Below are positions 16,683 to 25,958 of a stretch of DNA of 64,000 nucleotides, piece by piece; positions within the stretch are counted from its first letter, which is position 1, and the number at the start of each line of letters is the position of its first letter. The position numbers and the translations under genes are program-made. The notes beneath the pieces are model-generated. The model saw only the letters and a program-made list of their open reading frames with translations. It did not search any database and was not told the DNA's origin. This DNA comes from a virus, in the IMG/VR virus record IMGVR_UViG_3300028558_000022, positions 1 through 64,000 of that record; one strand, 5' to 3'.

Positions 16683-17306
16683 ATGCTTATACACTCCAAA
16701 CTTGCAAGCTCTACAGTTAACGGCCCCGGAACCCGCGCGGTAATTTGGTTGCAGGGTTGCACGCTGAACTGTACCGGATGCTGGAACCCAAACACACACA
16801 AGTTCGACGCGTCTACTGATACGCCGGTATCGGAGCTTCAAACGTGGCTGCTAAACCTTGACGGCATCGAAGGGGTTACATTTAGCGGCGGCGAATCCTT
16901 ACAGCATGTTATAGAACTTTTACCACTTGCGAAGTTCATACGCGAAGTACGCCCGGAGCTGTCTATAGGCATCTTTACAGGGTACACGGCCCGCGAGCTG
17001 GAGACCGGGAACTGGCAGACGTTACACCCAGCCGGGGTTATGATTCCGGGTTCCGGCGAAGTTTGGGAAAAGTTCCGCGCGTATCTTGACTTTGCAGTTA
17101 TGGGGCGTTTTAACGCCTCAAAGCTCACAACGAAAAAACCGCTGTGCGGTTCGACTAATCAAGACATAATTTTGTTTACGGACCGTTACAACGCCGGGGA
17201 TTTTACGGCACAAGAAACCCAGATAACCATTGACGGGGACGGACTAGTCCAGATCACCGGGTTTCCCGGTCGCGAGTTTATCGAAGCTGTAAAGGGTATG
17301 AACTAA
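16683..17306 (+). CDS. NrdG-like radical SAM (4Fe-4S) protein
   Basis: NGPG.R.VIWLQGCTLNCTGCWNP, TFSGGE and GSTNQ. Confidence 0.9.
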   Translation: MLIHSKLASSTVNGPGTRAVIWLQGCTLNCTGCWNPNTHKFDASTDTPVSELQTWLLNLDGIEGVTFSGGESLQHVIELLPLAKFIREVRPELSIGIFTGYTARELETGNWQTLHPAGVMIPGSGEVWEKFRAYLDFAVMGRFNASKLTTKKPLCGSTNQDIILFTDRYNAGDFTAQETQITIDGDGLVQITGFPGREFIEAVKGMN

Positions 17307-17374
17307 CCCGGCCCAGCTCCGCACGCTTGAAGTTAACGCAATTACAACCCATCAGAAAACGGAGAACAAACACA

Positions 17375-18436
17375 ATGGCAACCCCGGAGATTATCCCTTT
17401 TGAAAACATTTTGATTCCATCAGACGCGGTAATCGCGGAACTTGCCGGAACCCCGGCCCCGGTTTCCGATATCCCAGCGGCCCCGGCCCCGGCTTTTGTG
17501 CCGGAGATCGCGGCCCCGTTCGATGCGGCCCCGGCCCCAAAAGATTTGACAGTCACGGACGCGTCAAGCCTAACGGCGGCAACTGTCTTTTTAAAAACCC
17601 GTTTTGGTATCATCGGGAACTCTCGCAAAGTGTCGGGCGCTGAAGTTCTGGACACGGACGCGGATAAAGCTCTATTGCGAGTGTCAAAACAGCTCTTAGA
17701 CTCGCCGGAGCTGGAAGCGATAAAGCAAGCCGATACAAAAATGCGGACGTGGTTGTATAACGCTTGCTTGCCTTACGATTTGGGCGTCCAACTCTTACCG
17801 AAAAAGTCAATCGAATCCGCACGCGCGAAAATGGCGGAGTTCCGGGCGGAACGCGCGGAACTGGTAGAGAACTTTGTCGCGGCCTATCCGGGGTTACTCG
17901 AAAAGGCGGCGGCCCAGCTCGGATCGCTTTTCAATGCGGCGGACTATCCGACAATTGAGCAAGTCCGGGCAAAGTTCTTTTTCGGTTGGAATATCGTTAC
18001 TTTCGAGGTTCCCGATTCTCTCAAAGAGATCAGCGAGCAAGTTTTTCAAGAGGAAAAGGCGAAGCAAGAGGCGAACTTCAAGGCGGCGGCGGACGAGATT
18101 ACCGCGCTAATGCGTCAAACCATGTTTGACCTAGTGTCACACTTGGAAACCCGGCTAACGCCCGGCGATGATGGGAAACAGAAAATTTTGAAGGAATCCG
18201 CCGTAGCGAATCTCCAAAAGTTTTTAGAATCGTTCGATATCAAAAACGTAACGAATGACGCGGAACTGGCGGCGGTTGTGTCAAAAGCTCGGGAATTAGT
18301 TGACGGTACGTCCGCCGCAACTCTCCGCAGTTCGGACGCGTTCCGCGAAAAGATACGCGCGGGAATGGCAAGCGTAAAGGATCAACTCTCTGGAATGGTC
18401 GAAGAAAAAGCCGGGCGCAAGTTCCGGGACGAATAA
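17375..18436 (+). CDS. DUF3150-like helical protein; C-terminus AGRKFRDE
   Basis: SKQLL; F...YP...LG.LFN..DYP....R.KF; N.TND.EL. GGAG RBS. Confidence 0.7.
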   Translation: MATPEIIPFENILIPSDAVIAELAGTPAPVSDIPAAPAPAFVPEIAAPFDAAPAPKDLTVTDASSLTAATVFLKTRFGIIGNSRKVSGAEVLDTDADKALLRVSKQLLDSPELEAIKQADTKMRTWLYNACLPYDLGVQLLPKKSIESARAKMAEFRAERAELVENFVAAYPGLLEKAAAQLGSLFNAADYPTIEQVRAKFFFGWNIVTFEVPDSLKEISEQVFQEEKAKQEANFKAAADEITALMRQTMFDLVSHLETRLTPGDDGKQKILKESAVANLQKFLESFDIKNVTNDAELAAVVSKARELVDGTSAATLRSSDAFREKIRAGMASVKDQLSGMVEEKAGRKFRDE

Positions 18437-18461
18437 CCCCGGCAAGCTCGCCGGATAGCAC

Positions 18462-18490
18462 GCGGGCCGGATCGCAACCCGGCCCAGCTC
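18462..18490 (+). repeat. 29-bp intergenic hairpin repeat, copy 3
   Basis: Identical to 13176-13204. Confidence 0.9.
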
Positions 18491-18542
18491 CACACTCTAA
18501 CCCGTACCAGTACGCCCGCACGCCGGGCGCTATGGGGGAACT

Positions 18543-18794
18543 ATGCCACAACCTAAGGGGTTTTTGATTGACGTACCCGTAACGCTCACGGTAGCGGTAC
18601 GCGGTGGAACTGAAAAAGACGCGCTAAAAGCGGCCCGCGCGTTTTTCGCTGAACACTTGGAAAAGTTCGCCGATGATAACCGGCACAAAGGTTACAGCAT
18701 AGCGCCGGGCGTAACGGTCACAGAATTTTCTATGGAATCCCCTTCAGACGAGGTTTGCGAAGTTCTGGAAGAGCTTGACGCCGAAACCGATTAA
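18543..18794 (+). CDS. hypothetical protein
   Basis: ORF with GGGGG RBS-like tract. Confidence 0.7.
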   Translation: MPQPKGFLIDVPVTLTVAVRGGTEKDALKAARAFFAEHLEKFADDNRHKGYSIAPGVTVTEFSMESPSDEVCEVLEELDAETD

Positions 18795-19208
18795 ACGCCC
18801 GTATACAGGGCCGGAACGGTCCCGAACGGGGAAACAATCCACACGGGCGGCCCGGATCGCACGGCGGCCCAAACCCGGCCCAGCTCGGGCCGGAATAAGC
18901 GAAGAGTACAGCGGGCCGGAGCTGGAAGAGTTTAACCGGTCCGGGGTTAGTTGCAAACACTTTGACAGTACGCCCGGACGCCGGGCGGGTTGTAATCGCT
19001 TCGCGACAATGGCGGCCCAGCTCGGGCCGGGGTTACCGCGAAGCGGCGGAGCAACGGCCCGAACGGGGCCGGAGACGCCCGGCGAAGCCGGACGCGGCCC
19101 GCGCGAGCGGGCGTACCGGTACGAGCGCCGGGGCGCCGGAAGTAATAAAACCATACGCGCTAATGGCTGGTACTTTGGCGCTTAATCGGCTGGTACTTTG
19201 GGGGACTT

Positions 19209-19436
19209 ATGCGGAATCCAGATTCTAGTCTGCAATGCGATATGCGAAAAGATTGCACGAACCGAGTTACTCACATTGGTTACAAAGGGTTCATCTACTG
19301 CGCGGAACATGCAAAGGGCCGCCGCTACTACGCGGGGGAAAATTGCCGCAAGATGCGCGTTTGGGAATTAAACCTGATTCGAGCTGGGAAACCATTGCCA
19401 TGTTATCAGCCGATACGAAAGCCGCAAGCGGCCTAG
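19209..19436 (+). CDS. small Cys/His (Zn-binding) protein
   Basis: CDM..DC...VTHI..KGFIYCAEH. Confidence 0.75.
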   Translation: MRNPDSSLQCDMRKDCTNRVTHIGYKGFIYCAEHAKGRRYYAGENCRKMRVWELNLIRAGKPLPCYQPIRKPQAA

Positions 19437-19495
19437 TGAGCTGGTACTCCGAACCGTCAACGAACGAACAACCAAACATTTTAGGAGAACTTACC

Positions 19496-20707
19496 ATGAA
19501 CTCAGTCATTGTTACGACCGTCGAGTCATTTTTGAAAGCACTCAAAGACACACACATCGAGCGCAAGTCAACTATCCCGATCCTTCAGTACGCGAAAGTC
19601 ACCCCGGACCGGATTGTCGGAACTGATTTGGACTTGTCCACAAATGTTTTCTACGACGGCGAAGGGTCCGGCGAGTTCCTGATTCCGTACCGTCAAACTC
19701 TTGACGCATTGAGCGGGGAAAAGGGGAAACTGGTAATCGAGTACACGCCCGGCCCGGTCACGTACCCGAAGAAAAAGGACGAGAACGGATTCGAGACAGA
19801 CGAAGACGATACGGAAAAGGTTCCGTATGAGGCGGCGGGGTTCGTGTCCTTCACTTTCGGCGAATTGGTATTCCGATTCAATTCTATGACTCTCAAGAAC
19901 TTCCCAGTTCAGCCGGAAGTGTCTGGTACTACGGTCACCATTGACCGGGCAGAGTTCGCGACAATGCTTGAACGCACACGGTTTGCAATCTCTCGCGAAG
20001 AGTCACGGTACACACTGAACGGGGCGCTTTTCGAGATCGCGAGCGGTAAAGCTCGCATGGTTGCGACGGACGGTCACCGGTTGTCGCTGTACGAGTCCGA
20101 ACATCGTGCAGTGGATCAGGTGAAAGCTCTTTTCCCATCGTCTGCTATCGCATGGCTTGACGCGCGGGCCGGTAAGAGTGATGCCATTATAACCATCGGC
20201 ACCGGGGACAGTGAGTCATACATTACCGTGACACTCGGAGACAGGCAGCTTACCGCGCGTAAGCTCTCCGGGCAGTTCCCGAACTGGGAAGCGATTATGC
20301 CGACGAAGTTCCAAACGTTTGTCAATATCCCATCCCCAGACAAGACGGCCAAAACACTTGCACGCGTGGCGAAGTGTTCCGACGAACGGAGTAACGCGGT
20401 TCGCTGGGCGTTCGATCCGGTCGGGGGAATGATTCATGCCAAGTCAACCGAACGCGGCGAAGCATCAGCCAAGCTCGATTGCAGCGTAACGTTTGCACCG
20501 GAAGAACCAAAGACGAACGAAGAGACCGGCGAGACCGAAGAACCTGTAAAAGAGTTGTGCATTGGACTAAATGCCAACTACATACAAGAGTTTCTGAAGT
20601 TGGCAAAGGATACGCCCGCAATCATGTCACTGAGAGACGGCAACTCCTTCGCGATGTTCAGCGCCGGGGATAACTGGAAGTACGTTGTCATGCCGATGCG
20701 AATGTAA
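19496..20707 (+). CDS. dnaN: DNA polymerase III beta sliding clamp homolog
   Basis: STIPIL, GTDLD, FAIS.EESRYTLNG, VATDGHRL, G.FPNW and C-terminal YVVMPMR; AGGAG RBS before ATG 19496. Confidence 0.92.
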   Translation: MNSVIVTTVESFLKALKDTHIERKSTIPILQYAKVTPDRIVGTDLDLSTNVFYDGEGSGEFLIPYRQTLDALSGEKGKLVIEYTPGPVTYPKKKDENGFETDEDDTEKVPYEAAGFVSFTFGELVFRFNSMTLKNFPVQPEVSGTTVTIDRAEFATMLERTRFAISREESRYTLNGALFEIASGKARMVATDGHRLSLYESEHRAVDQVKALFPSSAIAWLDARAGKSDAIITIGTGDSESYITVTLGDRQLTARKLSGQFPNWEAIMPTKFQTFVNIPSPDKTAKTLARVAKCSDERSNAVRWAFDPVGGMIHAKSTERGEASAKLDCSVTFAPEEPKTNEETGETEEPVKELCIGLNANYIQEFLKLAKDTPAIMSLRDGNSFAMFSAGDNWKYVVMPMRM

Positions 20708-20786
20708 GACGGCATCGGCTAAAGAGCTGGTACTTTGGCGGGCCGGTCTAGGCCCGCTCAACCCAACCAAACAACGGAGAACAGTT

Positions 20787-21398
20787 ATGCCAAAAGGTAG
20801 AGGGTTCGGAACACTGCAAAAAGGTGAGCGGATCACAGATTTGTCCGCTCTTCAATTGGGCCACATTTTATTGGAATACTCCACACAGTTCGACGCGGAG
20901 AACACAGTCAAGGTTGTCGCGATACTCGACGGTCGTGTCTATGTTCGATTCGTGAACCCGGAGAACACAGACGAGTTTGTCGGGCCGGAGTTCTGTATAT
21001 GGCACTGGGAGCTGGAATCAACACAGCTCTGGTTTGCTGAGACGGCGAAGCAGGAACGGGACGTTACGGAATGGCTCGCGATACCGGCTTACGGTCACTT
21101 CTATCGGCTGAATGACGGCGAGTTGGAATACCGGCCAATGATGGACGATGGCACGATGGACCCAGACGAAGACGCGGGCGGGTTTGCCGATCCGTTCGAG
21201 GGTGCGCCGGATGCAGTTCACAGGCTGAGTAAGATACTGGAAAACTTTTTAGAGAATCCGCAAACCGGCGAGAACGTAATGATTGGCGTTTATCTCAGGA
21301 TGCCACAACTCTTTCAGACACCGGAGGCAAAGTCTGTATTGCCTATTGTGTGCGAAGAGCACGGTACCCGGTTCGGCGATCACTGCAACTGTCTTTAA
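20787..21398 (+). CDS. hypothetical protein
   Basis: GGAG RBS, ATG 20787. Confidence 0.7.
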   Translation: MPKGRGFGTLQKGERITDLSALQLGHILLEYSTQFDAENTVKVVAILDGRVYVRFVNPENTDEFVGPEFCIWHWELESTQLWFAETAKQERDVTEWLAIPAYGHFYRLNDGELEYRPMMDDGTMDPDEDAGGFADPFEGAPDAVHRLSKILENFLENPQTGENVMIGVYLRMPQLFQTPEAKSVLPIVCEEHGTRFGDHCNCL

Positions 21399-21436
21399 CC
21401 AACCGGCTTATTGAGCTGGTACTCAGGAGACCTTTT

Positions 21437-23263
21437 ATGTTCACAGATAATCCAGACTTTTATCCTACCCCTCGCTGGCTTGCCCGTAAGATGCTCGCGA
21501 AGATCACGAACACGGATGCGAAGTATTTTCTGGAACCCGAAGCCGGGAAAGCCGACATCGCCGACGTTATCAAAAACCCTTGTACATACGAAGAATGGTG
21601 CGCGGAGAACCCAGACGAACAGGTTCAAGAGAATCGCCGGACGGGACGCGGTTACGGCGCTTGGAGTGACCGGGACCGGTACCGTCGAGTGAACATCGAC
21701 GTGATAGAGAGTCACCCGGCACTGCTTCAGGTACTCAAGGGAAAAGGCTACGACGTTGTAGGCTATGACTGGCTTACCTACGAAGGCGTCAGCTACTATG
21801 ACGCGATCATAATGAATCCGCCATTTAGTGAAGGGGCAAAGCATTTACTAAAGGCTTGGGATTTCCTTCACCACGGCGAGATTGTTTGCCAGCTCAATGA
21901 AGAGACTCTGAAGAATCCTTATACCGACGAGCGTAAACGGCTGGTACATCTGATCGAGCAGTTCGGAAACGTCGAATACTTGGGAGATTGCTACACGACG
22001 GCGGAGCGTAAGACGAACGTCAATGTGGCTCTGGTCTACCTGAAAAAGGTTGCGGAAGATGACGCCCCGGACCTTTGGGCAAAGGCGCCGACGCAAGAGA
22101 AGAGCTACGGCGTCGAGTTTGACGGCGATCCTAATATGCTCGCGATCCGGGACAATCTCGGGAACATGGAACATTGGTTCAACATGGCGAACGAGCACTG
22201 GGTTAAAGGGATCGAGCACATTCGCAAGGCAGCCGTGTACATGAACCAAAACAAGGTCAAGGACTACAGCTCCGACGACCGGGACGACTTCAAAAAGATT
22301 CTGACAATGGCTTTGGAGAACGTCCACACAAGCCGGGCTGAGTTCCTGAGGCGTCACCGTAAGCTCGCATGGACAAGCGTCTTTCAACAAATGGAGTTCG
22401 GGCGCTGGCTGGACTCAAAGCAGCAAGCTCGTTTTCTCCGGGACGTGGAACGCGACAGCACGATTCCGTTCACTGCGGAGAATATCCGCATGACTCTTGA
22501 GAACGTCTTTCTATCTCGTAACAAGTTGTTCGACGAGAGTGTGGCAAATGTTTTTGACGAGCTTTGCAGCCATTCTGTAGAAAATGGCTCCGGGCCGGTC
22601 ATGCCGTCCACGATCCGCGAGCACCGTAGCGAAGGTTGGAAGACGAACGACAGTTACAAGGTGAATCAGCGTCTCGTGTTCCCTTGGGCCGTCGAAGTGG
22701 ACTACGGCGGCAAACTCCGCCAAAAGGGTTACGGCTCAAGCGACAGCGCAAGGGTATGCAGCGACCTAGACCGTATCTTGTGCGTTCTGGACGGACGTTC
22801 GTTCGAGAGCTGCTACACGGTCGGACAGGCTATCGATAAGGCACGGCCCGGCGAGCTGGTTGAATCGCAATACTTCGAGATTCGCGGCTACAAAAAGGGA
22901 ACGCTTCACTTGAAGTGGAAGCGCGAGGACTTGTGGCAACGATTCAATGAGACGGCGGCGGCTGGTAAAAAGTGGCTCGGAGAAGACACCCAGCAGTACA
23001 GACCGAAGACGAAGCGCAAAGACCCAGACCTTTACTGCAAGAATCACGGCCACAAGTTTGTCAATGGGGAGTGCGAACGCTGCGAAGACCCGGAGATTGA
23101 CGAGACCTTATCGGTCGAGTGTGAGCTTTGCCGGGCAGTGTTTGAGTACACCGGAGTCAAGGAATGTCCAATACATTCGCAGCTCCCTTCCCTTCCCCAG
23201 ATGCCCGGCGCCGTGCTTGCACTCACGGACGGCAACCAACATACAACCGTATCGGCCTATTGA
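21437..23263 (+). CDS. class I SAM-dependent DNA methyltransferase with DUF4942-like domain
   Basis: FYPTP, LEPEAGK, IIMNPPF, GWKTND and FEIRGYKKGTLH. Confidence 0.85.
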   Translation: MFTDNPDFYPTPRWLARKMLAKITNTDAKYFLEPEAGKADIADVIKNPCTYEEWCAENPDEQVQENRRTGRGYGAWSDRDRYRRVNIDVIESHPALLQVLKGKGYDVVGYDWLTYEGVSYYDAIIMNPPFSEGAKHLLKAWDFLHHGEIVCQLNEETLKNPYTDERKRLVHLIEQFGNVEYLGDCYTTAERKTNVNVALVYLKKVAEDDAPDLWAKAPTQEKSYGVEFDGDPNMLAIRDNLGNMEHWFNMANEHWVKGIEHIRKAAVYMNQNKVKDYSSDDRDDFKKILTMALENVHTSRAEFLRRHRKLAWTSVFQQMEFGRWLDSKQQARFLRDVERDSTIPFTAENIRMTLENVFLSRNKLFDESVANVFDELCSHSVENGSGPVMPSTIREHRSEGWKTNDSYKVNQRLVFPWAVEVDYGGKLRQKGYGSSDSARVCSDLDRILCVLDGRSFESCYTVGQAIDKARPGELVESQYFEIRGYKKGTLHLKWKREDLWQRFNETAAAGKKWLGEDTQQYRPKTKRKDPDLYCKNHGHKFVNGECERCEDPEIDETLSVECELCRAVFEYTGVKECPIHSQLPSLPQMPGAVLALTDGNQHTTVSAY

Positions 23264-23289
23264 GCTGGTACTTCAGGAGGAACAAAGTC

Positions 23290-23628
23290 ATGTCACGTTG
23301 GAAGACAGGACAAGTTGTATCGGCAATCTCAGTAGTGCCCGGCGTACTAGTAGGGGCACTGAGCGCGGGCGAGGACTACACAACGCAACAGATAACGCTC
23401 ATAGTTGACGGATCGGAAAACAATCTCTTCGTTCGTGGATTCGTCACGGATCATAAGCCGCTCAATGGCGACGACGACGTAGACGTAGAGATGGTCGAAG
23501 TCACGACCGGCTACTCAGACGGCGATATGCCGAACGATCCCATTCTCGTCGTGGCTCACGGGCAAGTGTCGGCGGCCCTGATGCAACTCGGTCACAAAGT
23601 AGTTCGCAGCATGGACCCGTACTTTTGA
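23290..23628 (+). CDS. hypothetical protein
   Basis: AGGAGG RBS, ATG 23290. Confidence 0.75.
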   Translation: MSRWKTGQVVSAISVVPGVLVGALSAGEDYTTQQITLIVDGSENNLFVRGFVTDHKPLNGDDDVDVEMVEVTTGYSDGDMPNDPILVVAHGQVSAALMQLGHKVVRSMDPYF

Positions 23629-23945
23629 TGAACTGTTTCGGCGAAGGCGCTCAGCACGTACCGGGCTGTAATTGTCGGACGGTTTTCCTATCAACCGGGG
23701 CCAAACTAGCGGCCCCTAAACCTAAAGCGGAGAAACCCGAAATGAAGCGATTTAAAGGATTCATGAGACTGATACTCGGTCACGATCAACCGGAGTTCAT
23801 CGAGTTTGATGCAACTCACTACCGCGCGGCGGGCGTACCGGCGTCAACGTTCGCCGGGATGCCGATTCTCGAAGCTCACGAGCTGGTCAACAAGTGGAAC
23901 AGTCAACAGATCGCCGGGCAGCGATTCATTTACTGGCTGGCTTAG
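23625..23945 (+). CDS. hypothetical protein
   Basis: Coupled ORF; has an internal RBS/ATG. Confidence 0.65.
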   Translation: MMNCFGEGAQHVPGCNCRTVFLSTGAKLAAPKPKAEKPEMKRFKGFMRLILGHDQPEFIEFDATHYRAAGVPASTFAGMPILEAHELVNKWNSQQIAGQRFIYWLA

Positions 23946-23954
23946 GGAGGTCAG

Positions 23955-24239
23955 ATGCGGGGACAGTTCAAACGCATGGTACAGAACACAGTACCAACCC
24001 CGAACCTAGCGTTCCGTCGATTTAGAACATGCGACCGGAAAAAGGTTTACGAGAATATGGCGGCGGACTGGCAAGCCGTTGCACATATCAAGGCGAACGG
24101 CAAAGACTTTTACCCAGACTTCGAGCTTAGACCATACGAGTGTACCTACTGTGGCAGTATTCACGTCGGACACTCCAACACACCCAAGAGCACCGAGGCC
24201 CGGATGCGGGCACAAGAACAAAGCGTATCCGCTCAATGA
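23955..24239 (+). CDS. small Zn-finger-like phage protein
   Basis: C..K..Y and Y.C.YCG..HVGH; GGAGG RBS. Confidence 0.75.
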   Translation: MRGQFKRMVQNTVPTPNLAFRRFRTCDRKKVYENMAADWQAVAHIKANGKDFYPDFELRPYECTYCGSIHVGHSNTPKSTEARMRAQEQSVSAQ

Positions 24240-24288
24240 GCTGGTACTTTCCTTCAACCTCTAACCAAGATTTCAGGAGATCACGACA

Positions 24289-24732
24289 ATGAGCGTACAG
24301 ACAAGAACCAAGACTCTCTCACAGAAGACCATTGATGGCTTGCTCGCAATCGCGGCGGCAGTTCTCGCAAACCCGAAGGACTATAACCAAGAGCAATTTG
24401 TCAACGTCATGTTCGATACGGATACGCGCGAGATCGGATGCTTAGCCCTGTTCCATTCGCAGATTTCGTCAACCGAACGGGCGCACAAACTCCGAGTGAA
24501 GAAGACCCGGCGTGCCTCACTGACATCACCTATCGAGAGTCCGTTCTTCAGCAAGGTGAAGAAGGATTTCAAACTTGACGACGAGCAGACACGAAGGCTC
24601 TTTGGCTCGACTATCGACTGGCCGGAGAAGTTCCGCACAGCTTACAACAATGCGAACGCGTACACCAAGGCCCGCGCCCGCGTCGCCGAGCGTCGCATCA
24701 AGCACTTCATCAAGACCAACGGCGCCGAGTAA
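24289..24732 (+). CDS. hypothetical protein, tandem paralog A
   Basis: AVLA.PK.YNQ, GCLA and WPEKFR shared with the next gene. Confidence 0.8.
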   Translation: MSVQTRTKTLSQKTIDGLLAIAAAVLANPKDYNQEQFVNVMFDTDTREIGCLALFHSQISSTERAHKLRVKKTRRASLTSPIESPFFSKVKKDFKLDDEQTRRLFGSTIDWPEKFRTAYNNANAYTKARARVAERRIKHFIKTNGAE

Positions 24733-24790
24733 TCGGCGCCCCGCCAACCCCTCCCTAAACCATTCACCAAGATTTCAGGAGATCAAAGTC

Positions 24791-25210
24791 ATGAGCACAA
24801 CGAAAAGCAAAAAGAATCTTTCCCGTAAGGCCATCAACTTCCTCACCCGACTAGCCGAGGCCGTTCTCGCCGACCCGAAGCACTACAACCAAGGTTCGTA
24901 TCTTCGTACGAACGACAAGGGCGAACAGTTTGGCTGCCTTGCGTTCTTTGCCGCGAGGCTCCGCGCAAAGACAGCGAAGGCACTCACAGAACTCACATGG
25001 GGCGACGTGGCAAACACTCGCTGGGATGTCTGGGACGAGCTAGGGTTGCCGGGCGCCGAAAACGGCGGTAGCGACGTGATGTTCTCAACAGAATATCAGT
25101 GGCCCGAGAAGTTCCGCAGACAGTTCGAACAAGCCAAGGGTCCGAAGGGTCAAGCACGCGCGGCCTACAACCGGATCATGCACTTTATCGCAACTGACGG
25201 CGCCGAGTAA
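24791..25210 (+). CDS. hypothetical protein, tandem paralog B
   Basis: Same motifs; identical 20-bp upstream leader. Confidence 0.8.
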   Translation: MSTTKSKKNLSRKAINFLTRLAEAVLADPKHYNQGSYLRTNDKGEQFGCLAFFAARLRAKTAKALTELTWGDVANTRWDVWDELGLPGAENGGSDVMFSTEYQWPEKFRRQFEQAKGPKGQARAAYNRIMHFIATDGAE

Positions 25211-25241
25211 CCAGCGCCCGGCAACCCCAAGGGAGACAGGT

Positions 25242-25619
25242 ATGCACACTTCAGGATTCATGACGTGGTGGACTCTGACAATGGTTATCGCTCTGGGACA
25301 CATGGCGATACACGAGCTGGGTCACGTCTTCGTGGCCCTTGGGGTCGGATCAAAGGTCAAGGGGATCGGGTTCAACCGGCTGGGACCGTATGTAGTACGG
25401 CAAGCCTCTCCCGATCCATTCTTGAACGTTCTAGTCGCACTGGGCGGCCCGGCAGCGAACCTCTTGACGTGGTACGTGCTACTCGCCTTGGGATGTGACG
25501 CACATAACCCGCGCGTCTACTGCGCTTTGTTTTTTGCTGTGTTCAACCTTTTGCCTCTTCCCCACTCGGACATGACAAAAGCGTTGTGCTACGCATCGGA
25601 GGATATCACCAAGTGTTGA
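25242..25619 (+). CDS. minimal M50/site-2 protease family membrane peptidase
   Basis: IHELGH, GGPAAN and FNLLPLPHSD. Confidence 0.8.
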   Translation: MHTSGFMTWWTLTMVIALGHMAIHELGHVFVALGVGSKVKGIGFNRLGPYVVRQASPDPFLNVLVALGGPAANLLTWYVLLALGCDAHNPRVYCALFFAVFNLLPLPHSDMTKALCYASEDITKC

Positions 25620-25882
25620 GATATCAGTATGAAATTGACGAAGAGCTGGAGGCTCTTCGCACGCTCAAGGACGAGGCCGAAGGTAACGAGGAACGCGTCG
25701 ATTGCATCGAGGCCCAGATAACCACAATCAAGGACGGACTCAAGCGCCAAGCCGTCGAAGAGTTGTACGAAGACGACCCGGCAGCAATGGAAGCGGCGGT
25801 CGTAGCGCATCGCTGGTACTGGGAAGACGACGAAGCGTCATCCCGTGTGTGGCAGTCCGAAGAGTACGCACAGGCCGCCTAA
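25613..25882 (+). CDS. acidic hypothetical protein
   Basis: GGAGG RBS, GTG start. Confidence 0.7.
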   Translation: MLRYQYEIDEELEALRTLKDEAEGNEERVDCIEAQITTIKDGLKRQAVEELYEDDPAAMEAAVVAHRWYWEDDEASSRVWQSEEYAQAA

Positions 25883-25958
25883 TCGAGCTGGTACTTTATC
25901 AGCTATAATTTGCATCCAACACCGGACCTAACACGTCTGGTACATAGGAGACAATCCC

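Larger units (their letters stand above)
19158..25895 (+). repeat. array of 8 co-oriented gene-junction motifs, consensus GCYTAWTGAGCTGGTACT
   Basis: Cores (G)RGCTGGTACT start at 19165, 19188, 19438, 20724, 21413, 23262, 24238 and 25885. All are intergenic or overlap stop codons. Confidence 0.85.

Noticed and set aside
16683-17306. Anaerobic RNR system (nrdDG)
   Set aside because: No nrdD is in the window and the RNR present is class II, so the nrdG symbol was not assigned.
11140-19030. CRISPR array suggested by recurring 25-29-bp repeats
   Set aside because: The copies are separated by whole genes rather than regular 30-40-nt spacers, and no cas genes are present.
18744-19228. Overlapping 88-136-aa ORFs on both strands
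   Set aside because: They are Arg/Pro/Gly-rich translations of a GC-rich repeat tract, so the region is treated as non-coding.
19235-19495. 87-aa N-terminal extension on the beta clamp
   Set aside because: It overlaps a separate Cys/His gene, and a strong RBS precedes ATG 19496.
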